The notes beneath the pieces are model-generated. The model was not told where the DNA came from. It ran no database searches and was given only the letters and a program-made list of their open reading frames with translations. Of a stretch of DNA of 64,000 nucleotides, positions 9,498 to 17,802 are shown piece after piece. Numbering within the stretch: position 1 is the stretch's first letter; each line of letters starts with the position of its first letter. A program made the position numbers and the translations under genes. Source of the stretch: Candidatus Latescibacterota bacterium (GTDB lineage: Bacteria; Latescibacterota; UBA2968; UBA8231); the NCBI GenBank assembly GCA_964291625.2, contig OZ220089.1, forward strand, positions 2,272,001 through 2,336,000. The letters are read 5' to 3'.

Positions 9498-10402
9498 GAC
9501 AGCTCCCGCGAGAACTCGTAGGTCCAGTCCACCACGTGGAAGCCGTGGTTGGTGTAGAACAAGAAGGCGCGGTCGTTGCTCAGGGCGGTGCTGATGGCGC
9601 CGTGGCGGTAGCCGCGCTCTCGCGCCAGGAACATGGCCTGGGCCAGCAGGAACCGCCCGAGGCCCCCGCCCTGGTGCTCCTCTCTCACGCCGAGCCAGTC
9701 GCAGAAGGCGAAGTCGTGGGCCTCGTCGGCGGACGGGGAGGAGTCGGCCCCGCTCACCAGGACGCACGTGCCCATGATCTCGTCACCCTGGAGAGCCCGA
9801 AGCCTCAGCCCGGGCAGGCGGCCCTTCCCCGGGTGCTCCTCCACGCCCAGGTCGAAGTCCAGGCCCTCGGGTTGGACCCCCGGCTCCGGCTGCATCTCCG
9901 GCCAGTCGAGGAAGACCTCGCCCCCCGACCGCGCATAGCCCCGGAAGCGCACCAGGGCCTGCACGTGATCCAGGTGGTCGGACAGGTAGGCGTGGGAGAA
10001 GCCGTAGAACGGGTAACGCCAGATCTGGGGCATGACGGTGCTGTGCCCCAGGCCTCGCTCCCGCATCCAGGACTCGGCGGCCTCCAGCAGGGCATCGCCC
10101 ACGGGGCGCTGGCCGCGGCGGTAGGCGAGAAAGCGGATCACGCCCCGCTCCTGCTCCTGGTGCTCGTCCGCCGCCTGCCGGCCCACGTGGACGAAACCGT
10201 CGCCGCCGCTGCCGGCCACGAGGACGGCCTGCTCCACGAGCCGCCTGCCGTCGTGCTCGACCTCCGCTTCACCCAGAATCCCGCCCAAGGCGGGGGCCGC
10301 CACCGGCCAGCAGTGGGGAACGCGGCCCACGAGCAGGTCGTTGTAGAGGTCGAGGACGCCCTTCAGGTCGTCCGGGCGATAGGGTCGTACCGGAATCGTC
10401 AT
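9494..10402 (-). CDS. tandem GNAT N-acetyltransferase
   Basis: Two GNAT folds; LGVREEHQGGGLG acetyl-CoA motif, NDRAFLFYTNHGF. Confidence 0.82.
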   Translation of the reverse strand: MTIPVRPYRPDDLKGVLDLYNDLLVGRVPHCWPVAAPALGGILGEAEVEHDGRRLVEQAVLVAGSGGDGFVHVGRQAADEHQEQERGVIRFLAYRRGQRPVGDALLEAAESWMRERGLGHSTVMPQIWRYPFYGFSHAYLSDHLDHVQALVRFRGYARSGGEVFLDWPEMQPEPGVQPEGLDFDLGVEEHPGKGRLPGLRLRALQGDEIMGTCVLVSGADSSPSADEAHDFAFCDWLGVREEHQGGGLGRFLLAQAMFLARERGYRHGAISTALSNDRAFLFYTNHGFHVVDWTYEFSRELS

Positions 10403-10860
10403 GGCCGTTGAGAAAGAAGACAAAGCAAGGCGTCACGCTCAACTGACAAGAGCTGCCTTCCGGGCATGGGTTCCCGGTGCAAATAATGCATCCTGGCTGC
10501 CCGTGCACGCCTGCACACACCACGTGTGCGGTAGTGAACATCTCGGCCGGGCCCGGTGGCTCCTCACCAGCCCGCCCGGCGGCCGACCCGGGCGCCTTGG
10601 AAATCTGAGACTCGTATCAGGAATTCCCTGCGGCGCAGCTCCCGCCGCCGATCATCATCGAAGAGCGGGAGAGTCCCATGGGCCTTGTCTCTATGTGATT
10701 GATTATGAAGAAGTTGAATCCGATCGGCGGCGGACCGGTCAGGGGCCCGGGGGGTGCCCAGGGGGCAGCGGACACCTCAGGAGGGGCCCCGAGAAGGAGA
10801 CCGGGCCCCCCGCCGGCCGCCCACCGGACCGGATCGACGGGACCAGGGGCCCAATACCGC

Positions 10861-10877
10861 TTGGCACGGAATTTGTA
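10861..10877 (+). promoter_or_regulatory. sigma54 (-24/-12)-like promoter
   Basis: TTGGCACGGAATTTGTA matches YTGGCACGRNNNTTGCW except C>T at -12; 50 bp upstream of ORF 10927, at the end of a ~520-bp non-coding region. Confidence 0.5.
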
Positions 10878-10926
10878 TGTGCTTTCCGCGAGACGACGAA
10901 GTGGGACGGCAGCAAGGGAGGAAGCG

Positions 10927-11163
10927 ATGTCGAACTATCGCTACATGGGCGCCAACGGCAGCGACGACGAGATCACCGTCATCGAGGACAAGAGCATGTT
11001 CGTCAAGGACGGAGACGGCAACTGGTCGCCGGGCTTCCAGTTCATCGACAGCCGAACGGTGAAGGCCCATCCCTTCATCATTGAGGTCCTGATCCAGGAC
11101 TCCGAGCGGCTGTGGTCCATGGACGAGGTCCTCGCCGAGTTGGAGAGCGAACCCGTCAACTAG
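10927..11163 (+). CDS. small acidic hypothetical protein (78 aa)
   Basis: ATG with strong GGGAGG RBS, GC3-biased codons, MSNYRYMGANG...ESEPVN. Confidence 0.75.
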   Translation: MSNYRYMGANGSDDEITVIEDKSMFVKDGDGNWSPGFQFIDSRTVKAHPFIIEVLIQDSERLWSMDEVLAELESEPVN

Positions 11164-11165
11164 AG

Positions 11166-11184
11166 TCCGGGGGCGCCCCGGACC
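11166..11184. terminator. hairpin between convergent genes
   Basis: gtccgggg-gcg-ccccggac inverted repeat right after the stop codon; no U-tract. Confidence 0.35.
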
Positions 11185-11197
11185 ACCCTGCCGCGCC

Positions 11198-12241
11198 TCA
11201 CCCCCGCTCCACCATCGGCAGCATCTTCTTCCAGGCCGGGTCCGCGTAGAACCGGTGCCCCTCGCCGCCCACCACGAGGTGGCAGCGGTCCTCGGCCCCG
11301 GCGGCCCGGTAGATCTCCTTCAGACGGCGGAAGGCCTTGCGCACCCCCTTGATGGGGAAGATGGCGTCCTCCCGCCCGGCCACGCAGACCACCGGCCGCG
11401 GCGCGAAGAGGCCCATCACGTCGGCCATCTCGGCGTCCTGCAGCAATCCCGGCACGTAGTTGTCGGCGCAGTGGTAGATCGACATGATCGAGTCGCGGAA
11501 GGTGCAGAAGTAGCAGGAAGGCATGGCGAAGCGCAGGCGCGGCAGGGTGGCGGCCGCGAAGAGGCTGATCGTGCCCCCCCCGGAGTTGCCCATGACGCCG
11601 ACGCGCTTCCAGTCGACGTCGGACCGCGTCTTCAGGTAGTCCAGCCCCCGGTCGACGTCGAAGACGCGCTCGCCGATCAGGGTCCTCCCGAGCATCAGGG
11701 CGTGCATGGCCGCGTCGTGACAGCCGTGCTGGGAAACCCTCTCCTGGTGCTGCTCCCGGCGCTCGCCGAAGGAGCGCTGCTCGATGCACAGGGCCGCGAT
11801 GCCACGGCGCATGCAGCCGAGGCCGAAGTCGCGGTCTCCGTCGACCTCCATCTCCCGGGTCTCGTCCTCCCTCTCGACCGCGATCGAGCAGTGGGCCCCC
11901 GTCGTGTGCCCCTGCACGCAGACGAACCACGGCAGCGGCCCTTCCACGCCCTCCGGCAGGCAGACGTAGGCCATCACGTCGGCCCGCGGCTCGGCGCGGA
12001 AGAGGATCTTCTCGATCGTTCCCAGCTCGTGCCGGCGCTTCCACAAGGAGCGCACCCGCAGGGGCTCACGCTCCCCCGGCGGCAGTCCGATGCGTTCGCG
12101 CACCCGGCGCCGCAGCCGGCGCTGCCAGGCCGTCACGTCGCCGCCGTCGAAGGCCAGGGCCGGCTCGGTGCGGTCCATCAGCCAGCGGTGGTGGAGAGAG
12201 GGCGAGAGCTGGGGGTCGGAAGAGCGGGTGCTCCTTGCCAT
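11198..12241 (-). CDS. alpha/beta hydrolase (Abhydrolase_7 / dienelactone hydrolase-like)
   Basis: CVQGH, GRTLIGERVFD, GNSGGG, HCADNYVPG, GREDAIFP, EGHRFY. Confidence 0.88.
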   Translation of the reverse strand: MARSTRSSDPQLSPSLHHRWLMDRTEPALAFDGGDVTAWQRRLRRRVRERIGLPPGEREPLRVRSLWKRRHELGTIEKILFRAEPRADVMAYVCLPEGVEGPLPWFVCVQGHTTGAHCSIAVEREDETREMEVDGDRDFGLGCMRRGIAALCIEQRSFGERREQHQERVSQHGCHDAAMHALMLGRTLIGERVFDVDRGLDYLKTRSDVDWKRVGVMGNSGGGTISLFAAATLPRLRFAMPSCYFCTFRDSIMSIYHCADNYVPGLLQDAEMADVMGLFAPRPVVCVAGREDAIFPIKGVRKAFRRLKEIYRAAGAEDRCHLVVGGEGHRFYADPAWKKMLPMVERG

Positions 12242-12474
12242 GGGGGATCTCCGGGTGTGGAACGCAGAAGCGGTTGGTGGCGACAGGGGCGAGCCCAGCT
12301 GCCTGGGCCTGCGGAAGGCCGCTGCCCGAGGGACACGGGGCCGTCCGCCTCAAGGTCCTGACGGCAACACCCACGAGTTGATAACTGGCCGATTGGCTTT
12401 CGACCGCGGGGTCATTATCCTTTGCGGATGATGCCCGACTGCCCCAGGGTTGCGGCCAGACTCGACCGCCTCGT

Positions 12475-12867
12475 ATGGCCCTCCAACGGGCACCCCGCGC
12501 GCCGCTAGCCCGGGCCTATCATCGGAAGGGTCACACGCTGACACAACGGCGCCGACTTGAGATGCAACTCAAGGCCTTTAACCTGGCGATGGAATCGACC
12601 GAGTGGCGACGGATGACGGACGCAATCCAAGCTGCCAAGGACCGCGGTTTATTTCCGCATGGGCGCCGTCTCTGGTTTCAACCCGGGGGACCAGAACAGA
12701 GGGCAGATTGGAAAGTGACCAGGGAGCTAAAGGTCTCAATCTCCCAGTTCCAAGTAGAATACGACCGGATCCTCAAACTTCTCAGCCGCGGGACTCGGCC
12801 GCGGGGACCGGCTTGGGGTCCGACGAATGATCCGCTCGAGGACTTCGCCAGCGACGCTGGCGACTGA
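12475..12867 (+). CDS. hypothetical protein or gene fragment, atypical low-GC composition
   Basis: Only ORF filling the gap; visibly AT-richer; start uncertain (alternative ATG 12562). Confidence 0.4.
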   Translation: MALQRAPRAPLARAYHRKGHTLTQRRRLEMQLKAFNLAMESTEWRRMTDAIQAAKDRGLFPHGRRLWFQPGGPEQRADWKVTRELKVSISQFQVEYDRILKLLSRGTRPRGPAWGPTNDPLEDFASDAGD

Positions 12868-12913
12868 TTCCTCACTCTAGAACTGGGTATTGAGCACCCC
12901 CAGCGCCCGGTCC

Positions 12914-14578
12914 CTACTTCCAGGGGGCCGGGCGCTTCTCGTTCACCATGAGAGCGCCGCCCCCGCCGCAGGCCGCGGCCACCTCGTCCGCCGACAGGGC
13001 CCGGCCGTGGACGCGCACATCGGCCAGCCATCCCCGCAGGCCGGCATGGCACCCGGCGCCGACGCGCAGCGGCACCCCGGCGTCCACGTCGTAGTCCTCC
13101 GGGGCGAAGGCCGCCGAGCGGCCGGTGGGCCTCCCGTCGACGAACAACTCCAGCCGCCCCGAGCGGCGCACGGCGGCCAGGTGGTGCCAGCCGGGGCTCA
13201 GGACGTCGTCGAAGGTGGCCATGGCGCCGGCGCGCAGGCTCCACACCCGCCCCGAGGGCAGGGTGCCCGCAAAGAGCTGGCCGTCGAACACGGACATGGA
13301 CCACACCCGCCGCAGGACCACTCCGGGAGTGGCGTCCAGGGTGCCCACGTAGGAGAAGGCATCCCCCCCTCCGTCGGCGGGGTCGTGGCGGTAGACGATG
13401 CCCATGGGCAGGCCGCCGACGTAGAGCTTCTGGTTGCAGACGGCCATGGCCATGATCTCGCGCTCGTAGCCGGGACGCGTCAGCTCCGTCCAGACGCCGT
13501 CCTCGCCGCGGCGGTGCACGGTGCCGCACGGCCAGGTGCCCACGTGCAGGCGATCGCCGTAGACCGCGGCCGAGTAGGTCTGGGTCGAGCCCTCCGGATG
13601 GCCCCAGTCCTCCCAGCTCTCGCCGCCGGCGTAGCGCAGCACCGGCCCGCCGTTGACCAGGGCCAGCAGATGCCCCTCGAAGACGGCGAAGGAGATCAGC
13701 CGCTCGTCGGGCCCCACGTAGCGCCAGTCCTTGCCGCCCTCGTACACGAAGGCGCCGCGCCGGTGGAAGCTGGTGCAGTAGAGGCGTCCCTGGAACTCGG
13801 TGAGCGCCGAGGCCTGGTCGGCCTTGCCCGTGGCGTAGCCCGCGACTTCCACCTCCTCGGGCGTGGCGTCCTCGCCGCCCGGCCGTCCGCAGTCGACCCA
13901 GGCGCCGTCGCCGTCGACGCGCCACACCGTGCCCCCCGGCCGGTTGTTGCGCACCGGCCCCAGGGCGGAACCCTGGGGCATGTAGCGCCCTGTACCGCAG
14001 TAGAGGCCGCCGTCGAAGCGGGCGACGGCGTCGACGACGCTGGACCCGTCCGGCGCCCCTCCGAGGTCGTGCCACAGGTCGCCCCCGCCGAAGCGCCACA
14101 GGTGGCCGCGCTCGTCGGCTTCCATCTCGAAGGTGCCGGCGAACAGGTCGCCTCCCGAGGTGTGCAGGGCCGCCACGTGCACGGCGGCCCCGGGGCGGCC
14201 CCGGTCGACCCACGGCGTGGGCTGCAGGAGCGGATCGGCGCACGGATCGGCGGCGTTGGGCAGCCGCCCCGCGTCGATGCCGAACTGCAGGCCCCGCAGG
14301 TTCGCCTGGCTCGTGGAGGTGACGCCGCTGTGGCTGACGCAGGAGAGGGCGAAGCCGCGGCGCGACACGGGGTCGAAGCGCGATACGAGGTCCCCCACGG
14401 TGCCGCCGTCGGCGGCGGGGTTCAGCCACAGATCGACGCTGAAGTCCCCGGTGCCGAGGGCCGGGGTGTCCGCCGACGCCAGGGTCATCCCCTCGCCGTC
14501 GAAGCGCCGGGCACGCGCCGGGCCCCCGGCCGGCGCCTCGGCGTCGTCGAGCGGCAGATGAAGAATGGGGTCACTCAT
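12914..14578 (-). CDS. LamG-like jellyroll protein with inserted beta-propeller
   Basis: N-terminal GTGDFSVDLWLNP and C-terminal GWHHLAAVR..LFVDG..LADVRVHGRALSADEV flank repeated FxGxLYxGT blades. Confidence 0.78.
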   Translation of the reverse strand: MSDPILHLPLDDAEAPAGGPARARRFDGEGMTLASADTPALGTGDFSVDLWLNPAADGGTVGDLVSRFDPVSRRGFALSCVSHSGVTSTSQANLRGLQFGIDAGRLPNAADPCADPLLQPTPWVDRGRPGAAVHVAALHTSGGDLFAGTFEMEADERGHLWRFGGGDLWHDLGGAPDGSSVVDAVARFDGGLYCGTGRYMPQGSALGPVRNNRPGGTVWRVDGDGAWVDCGRPGGEDATPEEVEVAGYATGKADQASALTEFQGRLYCTSFHRRGAFVYEGGKDWRYVGPDERLISFAVFEGHLLALVNGGPVLRYAGGESWEDWGHPEGSTQTYSAAVYGDRLHVGTWPCGTVHRRGEDGVWTELTRPGYEREIMAMAVCNQKLYVGGLPMGIVYRHDPADGGGDAFSYVGTLDATPGVVLRRVWSMSVFDGQLFAGTLPSGRVWSLRAGAMATFDDVLSPGWHHLAAVRRSGRLELFVDGRPTGRSAAFAPEDYDVDAGVPLRVGAGCHAGLRGWLADVRVHGRALSADEVAAACGGGGALMVNEKRPAPWK

Positions 14579-14620
14579 GGCGCCCCTCCCGGCCCGGGGG
14601 CCCCGGTCGCCGATCCCGCG

Positions 14621-14740
14621 CACCTGCGGCGGCGCACCTGCTCATGCTGCACCTCCTTCGGAGACGGCCGGCGGCGGCGTTACCTGCGGCGGTACGCCTG
14701 CTCGTGCCGCACCTCCCTCGGAGACGACCGCCGGCGGCTT
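14621..14740. repeat. 60-bp tandem duplication spanning the PhyH stop codon
   Basis: 14621-14680 vs 14681-14740 match at 50/60 positions; peptide PPxxVSEGGAA occurs twice. Confidence 0.85.
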
Positions 14741-15559
14741 CACCTGGGGCTCGCGGGGCAGCAGCTCCAGGGGCTGCACGATCCTGCGGCGCTCCGGCGT
14801 CAGCCGCGCCAGCAGCTCCGGCGAGGGCGCGTACCCGAGCCGGAAGTTGCCCCACGACGGCCCGTAGCGGAAGACGCACACCCGCCGCTCCCCCGGCTTG
14901 CTGCGCCGGGCCGAGCCGTGGGAGATGCCGTCCACGAAGACCAGGGCGTCGCCGGCGGCGATGTGCACCTCCACGGCGCCTTCGGTCCCCTCGACGGTGG
15001 CGCCCCCCGGCTTCATGTGGTGCCGGTGGAACTCCGGGTGCTGGAAGTTCGACTTGTGGCTGCCGGGGATCACCATGGTGCAGCCGTCGCCCTCGCCGAT
15101 ATCGGTGAGGGCGGTCAGGACGTTCACCTGGCCGCACATGAAGCGCCCGCCGTGATAGCGGAACTGGTTGCGGTGGATGGGCGGATACCCCCCCGAATGG
15201 AGGCCGATGGCCTCTCCGGGTCCGCGAAAGCTGGCGAAGCACTCGTCGATGAAGAGCGGGCCGTGGTGGTAGTCGAAGGTGCCCTCGCCGCCGACGAAGA
15301 GCTTGACGTGCTCGATCCACGAGGGGTGGTCGATGAGCCGCTCGAAGGGCTCTCCCGCCTCGTAGATCTGCTGGTAGTTGAGGCCGTCCAGTGTCCCATA
15401 GGTGTGGCCCTGCACGTGGCCGTACCACTGGCCCGGCTCCAGGCGCGGGATGGCGTCGAGGCAGGCGTTGCAGGCGAGGACCTCCTCCGGCGACAGGGCG
15501 CCGCGCAGGTGGATGTAGCCGCGCAGGTCGAAGAGGTAGGTGTCGAGATCGGGGACCAT
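14642..15559 (-). CDS. PhyH family Fe(II)/2OG enzyme with HxG motif (halogenase-like)
   Basis: FDLRGY, LHSGG, ALTDI..GDGCTMVIPGSHK, AGDALVFVDGISHG, ERR. Confidence 0.88.
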   Translation of the reverse strand: MVPDLDTYLFDLRGYIHLRGALSPEEVLACNACLDAIPRLEPGQWYGHVQGHTYGTLDGLNYQQIYEAGEPFERLIDHPSWIEHVKLFVGGEGTFDYHHGPLFIDECFASFRGPGEAIGLHSGGYPPIHRNQFRYHGGRFMCGQVNVLTALTDIGEGDGCTMVIPGSHKSNFQHPEFHRHHMKPGGATVEGTEGAVEVHIAAGDALVFVDGISHGSARRSKPGERRVCVFRYGPSWGNFRLGYAPSPELLARLTPERRRIVQPLELLPREPQVKPPAVVSEGGAARAGVPPQVTPPPAVSEGGAA

Positions 15560-15568
15560 GTCGGGCCT

Positions 15569-15955
15569 TCAGGCCGCCCGGGGCAGCTGGGGCAGCCGGT
15601 CGAAGTGGGCGTCTCGGGAGTACAGGTGGACATCGTTCTCCACGACCAGCGCGGCGATCCACAGGTCGTTGGTGGGGATCGGCGTCCCCTGGGTGCGCAG
15701 TTGCAGGAACAGCTGGGCGTACTGGCGCGTCGTGGCCGCCGTGGGGAAGAGGACCTCCACTCTCGGCGAGGAGAGGAATCGGTCGAGGACCCGCTCGTTC
15801 TGGCCGGTCCGCGCCCCGGCCAGGAATCCGGCCCGCAGCTCGCCGAGGGTGATGAAGGGCAGGAAGACGCGCTCCGCCCTCTGCACCAGGTCGAGGCAGT
15901 CGGCATCGCCCGCGCAGAAGTCCCGGTAGCGATTGGTGTCGATGGCGATCCTCAC
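15569..15955 (-). CDS. vapC: VapC PIN-domain toxin
   Basis: IAIDTN, ITLGEL, IPTNDLWIAA, SRDAHF; GTG start overlaps antitoxin stop. Confidence 0.9.
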   Translation of the reverse strand: MRIAIDTNRYRDFCAGDADCLDLVQRAERVFLPFITLGELRAGFLAGARTGQNERVLDRFLSSPRVEVLFPTAATTRQYAQLFLQLRTQGTPIPTNDLWIAALVVENDVHLYSRDAHFDRLPQLPRAA

Positions 15956-16212
15956 GACCACAGCTCTTCGTCGATCGCGTCCATCTCCTCGATCACCCGG
16001 TCGAACCCGGGGTCGTCCACCCACGTGCCAGCGAGGTGATCGAGATCGTGGAACCGTCTCTCCTCCCTCTGCAGTCCGAGCCCCTGCTCGAGGGCCTCCA
16101 GGGCGACCCGGTTCAGACTCCAGCCGTAGCTCGCCGCCCTCTCGCGGAGGGCGTGGTCGACGTGATCGGGAACGCCCCGAAGGGTGTACTGGATCGTGTG
16201 CCTTCTTTCCAT
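15952..16212 (-). CDS. vapB: antitoxin (FitA/VapB-like ribbon-helix-helix)
   Basis: QYTLRGVP..LRERA..SLN RHH motif, DLDHLAGTW; directly upstream of PIN toxin. Confidence 0.85.
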   Translation of the reverse strand: MERRHTIQYTLRGVPDHVDHALRERAASYGWSLNRVALEALEQGLGLQREERRFHDLDHLAGTWVDDPGFDRVIEEMDAIDEELWS

Positions 16213-16247
16213 GCCTGCAATGTAGGCATACAGGCGCATGCACACAA
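16211..16247 (-). promoter_or_regulatory. TA promoter (leaderless-type) with operator palindrome
   Basis: Minus strand TTGTGT-N17-TACATT-N6-ATG; inverted repeat atgcctgca-a-tgtaggcat at 16211-16229. Confidence 0.55.
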
Positions 16248-16269
16248 GGGGAGAGCTGGGAGAGCTGCT

Positions 16270-17280
16270 TCAGCCCACCCGGTACCTCTCCACGGCCGCC
16301 TTGTCCAGCTCCACCCCCAGGCCCGGCGCCGTCGGCACCTGCACCAGGCCGTCCTTGGGCGTCAGGGCCCCGCCGATGAGATCGTTCTCGCGGGTGAAGT
16401 GCAGGGAATCGGAAGGGATCGTGGCGTTGGGGATCACGGCGTGCACGTGGGTGCCGTAGGCGCCGGAGACCCCCAGGCCGAGGCCGACCACCTGCAGCCA
16501 CACCGGCAGGCCGGCGGCCCCGGCCATGCCGGCCATGACCTGGGCGCTCTCCACCGAGCCGCCCAGGTTGAAGGCGTCGGCGGCGTCGGCGCGGATGGCG
16601 CTCATCACCTGCTCGGGGTCGCCCAGGTGCGGAGCCAGGGGGATCGTCGAGTGCCGGCGGAAGTGGTGGTACTGGTGCCATCCGGGCCGGTACCGGAAGG
16701 GGTCCTCGAAGGCCTGGATGTTGTAGCCCTCCAGCTGCCGGGCGAGGCGCAGCGAGGTGGCCAGGTCCCCGAAGGAGAAGTTGGGATCGACGATGATGCC
16801 GTAGTCGGGACCGGCGGCCCGGGTCATGAGCTCCACGGTCTCGACGATGTTCCAGGGGCGGGCCTTCAGCTTGTGGGTCTTGTAGCCCAGCTTCGCCCCC
16901 TCCTCCGCCATGGCCGCGAACTCGGCCGGCTCCAGGGGCGGCGACCACCAGCCCACGGGGACCGAGCTCCAGTGTCGGGCCCCCATCAGGCGGCAGGCCG
17001 GCAAGCCGTAGGCCTTGCCGGCGATGTCGTAGCAGGCCATGGCCATGGCGCCGCCCATGTTGGGCAGATCCACGGCCAGGGGGTCCCTTCCCACCCAGGT
17101 CTCGTCGACGCCCTCCATCAGGTCGCCCCGCCCTCCCTCGCCGAGACCCGTGAGGCCCTCGTCGGTATGGACCTCGACGATGGTGATCGGATTCTCCCGG
17201 TAGTGCCCTGGGCGGCTCTTCTCGATGGAGGGGATGTGGGGAACGGCGGTGACGTAGCGGTCGATGCGGGTGATCTTCAC
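16270..17280 (-). CDS. mandelate racemase/muconate lactonizing (enolase superfamily) enzyme
   Basis: MKITRI, TDEGLTGLGE, YDIAGKA, KLK, VDPN, FEDP, PTAPGLGVELD. Confidence 0.9.
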   Translation of the reverse strand: MKITRIDRYVTAVPHIPSIEKSRPGHYRENPITIVEVHTDEGLTGLGEGGRGDLMEGVDETWVGRDPLAVDLPNMGGAMAMACYDIAGKAYGLPACRLMGARHWSSVPVGWWSPPLEPAEFAAMAEEGAKLGYKTHKLKARPWNIVETVELMTRAAGPDYGIIVDPNFSFGDLATSLRLARQLEGYNIQAFEDPFRYRPGWHQYHHFRRHSTIPLAPHLGDPEQVMSAIRADAADAFNLGGSVESAQVMAGMAGAAGLPVWLQVVGLGLGVSGAYGTHVHAVIPNATIPSDSLHFTRENDLIGGALTPKDGLVQVPTAPGLGVELDKAAVERYRVG

Positions 17281-17304
17281 GGATGGTCTCCTCGGTGGGG
17301 GTCC

Positions 17305-17802
17305 TCAGGCGGCGGCCCGGGAGCCGCTTCCGGCCTCCAGGTCCAGGAGGAAGCGCTTGATCCGCAGGCCTCCCGCGTAGCCCGTCAGGGACCCGCCGGC
17401 GCCGATGACGCGGTGGCAGGGGACGACCACGGGCAGCGGATTGCGGTGGTTGGCGCCGCCCACGGCGCGCGCCGCCCGGGGGCGGCCGAGGCGGCGGGCG
17501 ATCTCGCCGTAGGTGCTCGTGCCTCCATAGGGGATCTCCGTCAACGCCTGCCACACCCGTTGCTGGAAGGGTGTGCCGCGGGCGTCGAGGGGCAGGTCGA
17601 ACTCGACCCGCTCCCCGGAGAACCAGGCCGCCAGCTGCTCGCCGGCGCCGAAGGCCGGCTCGGCCAGGCGATGCCACTCCGCCGGCACCGGCAGCGCCGT
17701 GTCGGCGCCGTAGAACCAGATGCGGCGCAGGCCGGCGGCCGACCAGGCGACCCCGAGGCGGTCCAGGGGTGTGTCGATCACCGCGTAGTCGACAGAGCTC
17801 AC
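17305..17802 (-). CDS. ogt: methylated-DNA--protein-cysteine methyltransferase
   Basis: GTPFQQRVW, IPYG, ARAVG, PCHRV active site, LTGYAGG. Confidence 0.95.
   Translation of the reverse strand: MSSVDYAVIDTPLDRLGVAWSAAGLRRIWFYGADTALPVPAEWHRLAEPAFGAGEQLAAWFSGERVEFDLPLDARGTPFQQRVWQALTEIPYGGTSTYGEIARRLGRPRAARAVGGANHRNPLPVVVPCHRVIGAGGSLTGYAGGLRIKRFLLDLEAGSGSRAAA

Noticed and set aside
10699-10926. N-terminal extension of the small protein (154-aa ORF)
   Set aside because: Low-complexity translation; the strong RBS and promoter-like motif favour ATG 10927.
12890-16039. Very long antisense or alternate-frame ORFs (e.g. 12890-16039, 21809-26209, 23935-26880, 35910-39047)
   Set aside because: Shadow ORFs of high-GC codon bias. 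They are low-complexity (many Arg/Pro/Gly-rich) and overlap genes with clear family motifs.
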